This document shows positions 29,025 to 33,264 of a DNA stretch of 33,264 nt, piece by piece. A program made the translations under genes and the position numbers. Numbering within the stretch: the first letter of the stretch is position 1; each line of letters begins with the position of its first letter. A model generated the notes under the pieces. That model was not told the origin of the DNA. It made no database searches and was given only the letters and a program-made list of their open reading frames with translations. The stretch lies in contig CAYOGP010000001.1 of the NCBI GenBank assembly GCA_964403555.1, forward strand, positions 1 through 33,264, in the 5' to 3' direction. This DNA is from an uncultured Spirochaetales bacterium. Its GTDB lineage: Bacteria; Myxococcota_A; UBA9160; UBA6930.

Positions 29025-30263
29025 ATGGCCCAGATCTTATTACCGGAAAAAGTTTGGGATGGAACAGCAGCTGATTACTGTCCATCTGGCACAGCTATTC
29101 TCGTGGAAAACGGGAAGGTAAAGGAAATCAATTCTCGTGCCCGTCTAGGAATGGAAGCTGAAGTTGTTTCATTAGACGGGTTGACGGCTATTCCGGGTTT
29201 AATCGACGCTCACGTACACCTTTCTTTAGATCCCGAGATTCCCGGAGCCGAAGCTGAAGATCCTGATGGAGCGGTGCTAAGAGCTGAGGCCATGGTCCGC
29301 CGAGGGATTACTACCGCCCGTGACTTGGGAAGCTCGGGAGGGAGAATCTTGGAACTCCGGGAGGAAATTAAGAAAGGTGAACGTATCGGTCCGCGACTCC
29401 TTGTTGCCGGCCCTCCGTTAACAACCCCTGGAGGCCACTGCCACTTTTGGGGAGGGGTCGTTGAAGATGCTAAAGACATAGAAAAGCTTGTCAGGGACCA
29501 GGCCGAGTTAGGCTTTGACTGGCTGAAAGTAATGGCTACTGGAGGTGTTCTGACTCAGGGCACTCGACCAAGTGCCGCACAGTTTAAGCTCAAGGAATTG
29601 GAAAAAATGGTCTCTATGTCAGAGGCTTTTGGACTTCCAGTTGCTGCACATTGCCACGGGACTCCAGGAATTGCGGCGTGTGCCCGCGCTAAGGTCCAAA
29701 GTATTGAGCATTCGTCTTTTTCAGGTGAGGGTGGCTTTGGCGCGGCTTTCGACGAGGAGGTTAGCCAATTAATTTCTGCATCAGGAGCGTTTGTTGCTCC
29801 CACAGTTCATGCGCGCTGGTCCCGATTCCTGACTCAGTACGACGGAAATCGCCCAATAAGCGAGAGAAATGAAAGCGCTAATGATGGTTCCGATTTTGCT
29901 CGGCGGATGAATCGGTGCTACCGAGGCTTGAAGGCTGCTGGGGTGAGTATGGTGGCGTCGACAGATGCAGGGATTCCTGGAGTTCGCCACGATGCCTTAG
30001 ATCGCGCCCTACCTGTCTGGGCTCGCTTCGCCGAGCTGTCCCCCCGAGAGGCTCTTATGTCGGCGACTTCAGGGTCAGCCTTAGCCCTCGGAATCTCGGA
30101 TGAAACTGGAGTCCTGAAGCCTGGGAGGTCGGCAGATATCGTGGCGGTGCGAGGTGACCCTCTAAAATCCCTGGACTGTCTTACGGACAAGATGTGGGTA
30201 ATGGCACGCGGCCAAGTAGTAACTCAGCAGAGTGGAGTATTTAAAGGGAAAAAAGGAGATTGA
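29025..30263 (+). CDS. Amidohydrolase-superfamily metal-dependent hydrolase.
   Basis: PGLIDAHVHL (HxH metal site), VAAHCHG and the C-terminal ADIVAV..DPL pattern. The ATG at 29025 is immediately preceded by an in-frame GTG at 29022. Substrate is unknown. Confidence 0.82.
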   Translation: MAQILLPEKVWDGTAADYCPSGTAILVENGKVKEINSRARLGMEAEVVSLDGLTAIPGLIDAHVHLSLDPEIPGAEAEDPDGAVLRAEAMVRRGITTARDLGSSGGRILELREEIKKGERIGPRLLVAGPPLTTPGGHCHFWGGVVEDAKDIEKLVRDQAELGFDWLKVMATGGVLTQGTRPSAAQFKLKELEKMVSMSEAFGLPVAAHCHGTPGIAACARAKVQSIEHSSFSGEGGFGAAFDEEVSQLISASGAFVAPTVHARWSRFLTQYDGNRPISERNESANDGSDFARRMNRCYRGLKAAGVSMVASTDAGIPGVRHDALDRALPVWARFAELSPREALMSATSGSALALGISDETGVLKPGRSADIVAVRGDPLKSLDCLTDKMWVMARGQVVTQQSGVFKGKKGD

Positions 30264-30322
30264 GGGAACCGTTTCGCTTTCTTCGGGGTCATATGTCTTG
30301 ATTAGGCAAACCTCCTTAACTT

Positions 30323-30366
30323 AGAAGGGCCCCGAGCGCAGCAGCAACCGGGGTCCTTCTCTTTTG
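30323..30366 (+). terminator. Rho-independent terminator after the amidohydrolase gene.
   Basis: agaagggccccg (30323-30334) pairs with cggggtccttct (30349-30360) over 12 bp with one G-U pair. The loop is 14 nt and CTTTTG follows. Confidence 0.65.
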
Positions 30367-30421
30367 CTTCCCTCCGCTTAGGCGCGAGATTTTTCAGCTT
30401 GCGTTACATTTTTTCGCCTAG

Positions 30422-31387
30422 ATGGTTTCGGAACAAATTCGACTTGAACAGAACCTAAGAGCTAAGGGCCTCGCTGAAAAGGTTGATGGTGATCTTGGTG
30501 GCGTGATTTCGACTATTGCCACTGCAACGGGAGCTATAGCAGCAGAGGTGCGTCGCGCGCGGATTAACGACGTGTTGGGCATGGCAGGGGACACGAACGT
30601 GCACGGAGAGGATCAGCAGAAGCTCGATGTCTTGGCAGATTCTATTCTTTTGGGGAGGCTTTCAGCTCGGGCAGATGTGGCGGTATTTGCCTCCGAAGAG
30701 TTAGATAAGCCGGTAGTGCTCGGCCAAGAGGCTTCCCGAAAATTTTGCGTGGTGACCGACCCTCTTGATGGCTCGTCGAATATAGACGTAGCCGTGAGTG
30801 TCGGAACGATATTTAGCATTCTCGGGATCCCGACCACAGGAGAAGTAGACGAAACGGCTGTTTTGCAAAGAGGCACGATGCAGCTCGCGGCGGGCTATGT
30901 CTTATACGGATCGTCTGTTGTCTTGGTTCTTTCTACAGGTGACGGTGTTGACATGTATGTTCTGGATCCCTCGACGGAAGAGTTTCTTTTGGTCGGAGAG
31001 AGGATTAAAGTTCCAAAGAAAAAAAAGATCTACTCTATTAACGAAGCCTATTGGGAAGATTTTTCTGATGGAGTACGCGCGTATCTAGATTTTGCGCACA
31101 AGAACGGATATGGAAGCCGATACATTGGATCCATGGTTGCGGATGTTCATCGCACGCTGCTTAAAGGTGGAGTCTTTATTTATCCGGCGACGACCAGGGC
31201 CCCGGGAGGGAAGCTTCGTCTCCTCTACGAGGGGAATCCGATGGCATACTTAATCGAACAGGCCGGCGGCCAGGCCCTGACTGATCGAACTCGAATTGTA
31301 GAAGTGATGCCGACCGATTTTCATGAGCGGACGAGTGTCATCTTAGGATCGTCGGGTGAAGTTTCGGCGGTTTCACGATTTCTCTGA
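30422..31387 (+). CDS. fbp: Fructose-1,6-bisphosphatase, class 1.
   Basis: 321-aa ORF with DPLDGSSNIDVAVSVGTIFSI, INEAYW, GGVFIYP and GKLRLLYEGNPMAYLIEQAGG. There is no obvious Shine-Dalgarno sequence. Confidence 0.93.
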   Translation: MVSEQIRLEQNLRAKGLAEKVDGDLGGVISTIATATGAIAAEVRRARINDVLGMAGDTNVHGEDQQKLDVLADSILLGRLSARADVAVFASEELDKPVVLGQEASRKFCVVTDPLDGSSNIDVAVSVGTIFSILGIPTTGEVDETAVLQRGTMQLAAGYVLYGSSVVLVLSTGDGVDMYVLDPSTEEFLLVGERIKVPKKKKIYSINEAYWEDFSDGVRAYLDFAHKNGYGSRYIGSMVADVHRTLLKGGVFIYPATTRAPGGKLRLLYEGNPMAYLIEQAGGQALTDRTRIVEVMPTDFHERTSVILGSSGEVSAVSRFL

Positions 31388-31395
31388 GACGTCCC

Positions 31396-32232
31396 TTGCG
31401 TATCCTAATCGTCGGCTGTGGTTATGTGGGTAGATTTCTTGCCGTAGAACTTGCGAGCGATGGGGATACCGTGTTCGCGCTTCGTCGGACTCCCTTTGAC
31501 ATAGAAGGAAATGTCACCACGCTACAAGGGGACCTCTTTGACCCAGCTAGTTTGGGGGTTATTCCGAAGAAGTTGGATGCCGTTGTGTATACAGTGAGCG
31601 CTGACTCCTCAAATATAGGTAGCTACCAAAAGGCCTACGTAGAGGGAATTTTTGAGTTGCGGCGGATTTTTTCATCTAGGTCAGAGTCTTCACCGCGTTT
31701 CTTATTTGCTTCTAGTACCTCCGTTTATGGTCAGTCGACGGGTGAGTGGGTTGATGAAAAGTCAGCAACAAATCCCGAAAGTTTTCGAGGTGAAATTGTG
31801 CTCAAGGGCGAGGCGGCGGTAAAAAACTCTTTTGAGCATGCTTGCTCTGTGCGGTTTGGGGGTATCTATGGACCGGGGCGCACCCGTTTGCCAAGGTCAG
31901 TTCAAGAGAAGACACTTAAATTGCCTCCAATAAGACCCTATTTCACGAACAGAATTCATCAGAGCGACGCAGCAGGCGTTTTGCGACACCTGGTTCGTCT
32001 CAAATCGGTTCCGCCAAAGGTAGTAGCGGTGGATAACGATCCTGCAGATTTGTATGACGTAGCCGAATGGGTTTCTAGCCGAATAGGATCTTCTTTACCG
32101 GGCGAAGTCGGGGCCGGCTGGAAACGGGGTTTGGGGCATAAACGTTGTAGTAACCGTTTGTTGAGACAACTCGGGTACCGCTTTCAGTTTCCGACGTTTA
32201 GAGAGGGCTATGGACCCTTACTGGGCGAGTGA
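31396..32232 (+). CDS. NAD(P)-binding Rossmann-fold protein (SDR / NAD-dependent epimerase-dehydratase family).
   Basis: TTG start. N-terminal ILIVGCGYVGRFLA glycine-rich loop, SSTSVYG and FGGIYGPGR. It begins 8 nt after the fbp stop. Confidence 0.75.
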   Translation: MRILIVGCGYVGRFLAVELASDGDTVFALRRTPFDIEGNVTTLQGDLFDPASLGVIPKKLDAVVYTVSADSSNIGSYQKAYVEGIFELRRIFSSRSESSPRFLFASSTSVYGQSTGEWVDEKSATNPESFRGEIVLKGEAAVKNSFEHACSVRFGGIYGPGRTRLPRSVQEKTLKLPPIRPYFTNRIHQSDAAGVLRHLVRLKSVPPKVVAVDNDPADLYDVAEWVSSRIGSSLPGEVGAGWKRGLGHKRCSNRLLRQLGYRFQFPTFREGYGPLLGE

Positions 32233-32431
32233 TTCAGGGCGGAAAAGCTCTAGCGCTGTTTGAGGCCCTTTCGGGTATGCGGAGGCGAGGAGGGGAAACA
32301 TGTGCTGCCGGCTGAAATTGCTTTAGAAAACCTAAAATGGCACTAATTGGCCAAATTTCGATCACCAATGCTTCTCGTGCATGGGAAGTATGTCACTTGA
32401 GAGCTAGTCTCCGCGCTTCCGGAGAAATAAA

Positions 32432-33264
32432 GTGCTATTTGAAACCGACGATCTTCGTATTGCTAGCCTTCATCCGCTTATTCCACCTGCGATCCTGATG
32501 GAGGAGCTTCCTCTTGCAGATTCCGCCGCAAGTACCGTTGTGCAGGGGCGACGACAGGTGGAGAGTGTTCTGCGAGGAGAAGACGACCGGTTGTTGGTTA
32601 TAGCGGGACCCTGTTCTATCCATGATCCCAAGGCCGCCCTTGAATATGCTTCTCGCTTAAAAGAGGTCTCTAAGAGCAAAACAAAAGACCTACTAATTGT
32701 GATGAGGGTCTATTTCGAAAAACCTAGGACTACCATCGGCTGGAAGGGGTTAATCAATGACCCGCATTTGGACGATAGTTTTGCCATAAACGAGGGATTG
32801 CGTGTTGCCCGAGGTCTTTTGTTAGAACTCGCGGATAAAGGCATTCCTACGGGTTGCGAATTTCTGGACCCGATTACTCCGCAATTTTTTGCTGATTTGG
32901 TTTCTTGGGGCGCGATAGGTGCCCGTACTTCGGAGAGTCAGGTTCATCGCGAACTAGCGTCCGGGATGTCTATGCCAGTGGGTTTCAAAAATGGAACGAA
33001 CGGGAATCTCCAGGTAGCCATAGATGCGATAGGATCAGCCGCTCATCCTCACCGTTTTCTTTCCGTCACTAAGCACGGGGTGGCGGCCATTGTTGCTACG
33101 CAAGGGAATCGAGATTGTCATTTGATTTTACGTGGCGGTAGTTCCGGTCCTAACTTTGATCAGAAATCAGTCTTTTCCGCCTCGGATGCTCTTTTAAAAG
33201 CGGGAGCGTCCACCCGTTTAATTGTGGATTGCAGTCATGCGAATAGCGGTAAGGACCACAAGGT
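32432..33264 (+). CDS. aroG: 3-deoxy-7-phosphoheptulonate (DAHP) synthase, class I, 3'-truncated by the window edge. It is absent from the ORF track because no stop codon is reached.
   Basis: GTG at 32432 is preceded by GGAGA (32421-32425). The translation reads DDLRI...RLLVIAGPCSIHDPKAALEYA...VMRVYFEKPRTTIGWKGLINDPHLD...WGAIGARTSESQVHRELASG...GFKNGT...DCSHANS, colinear with E. coli AroG. Feedback specificity (Phe, Tyr or Trp) is not assignable. Confidence 0.9.
   Translation, partial: MLFETDDLRIASLHPLIPPAILMEELPLADSAASTVVQGRRQVESVLRGEDDRLLVIAGPCSIHDPKAALEYASRLKEVSKSKTKDLLIVMRVYFEKPRTTIGWKGLINDPHLDDSFAINEGLRVARGLLLELADKGIPTGCEFLDPITPQFFADLVSWGAIGARTSESQVHRELASGMSMPVGFKNGTNGNLQVAIDAIGSAAHPHRFLSVTKHGVAAIVATQGNRDCHLILRGGSSGPNFDQKSVFSASDALLKAGASTRLIVDCSHANSGKDHK

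Overview
This 33.3-kb window reads as ordinary, densely coded bacterial chromosome with moderate GC (estimated by eye only). It holds about 31 protein genes with short gaps. I found no rRNA or tRNA genes, CRISPR array, transposase, integrase, prophage genes or recognisable defence genes. Left to right: groES-groEL; a thioredoxin-TPR gene followed by family-B DNA polymerase polB (minus strand); a 7Fe ferredoxin overlapping moaA; an operon of LLM oxidoreductase, alpha/beta hydrolase and nitroreductase; a RidA-family gene; an HSL-type esterase; an AI-2E transporter; an M48 lipoprotein peptidase; an ACAD10/11-type acyl-CoA dehydrogenase; an FAD oxidoreductase; a minus-strand block of HAD, MBL lactonase-like and LLM genes; an osmoprotectant-type ABC transporter; a minus-strand operon of a glutaredoxin fusion, bolA and dus; a minus-strand run of MFS, ahcY, prc and a small Cys-rich ORF; an amidohydrolase; fbp; an SDR; and a 3'-truncated class I DAHP synthase. 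I cannot point to a convincingly new system. The leads most worth a second look are: (1) a three-domain fusion of CGFS-glutaredoxin, a Cys-less A-type-carrier-like domain and rhodanese, whose stop lies 4 nt before bolA; (2) an ACAD10/11-type dehydrogenase, an ACAD10-type HAD protein and a lactonase-like MBL hydrolase within 5 kb, with no kinase present; (3) a perfect 21-bp palindrome with Fur-family 7-1-7 architecture in front of the LLM/hydrolase/nitroreductase operon; (4) a Prc-type protease translationally coupled to an 87-aa Cys-rich lipobox protein. All functional calls rest on motifs read by eye from the ORF translations. No database search was run.
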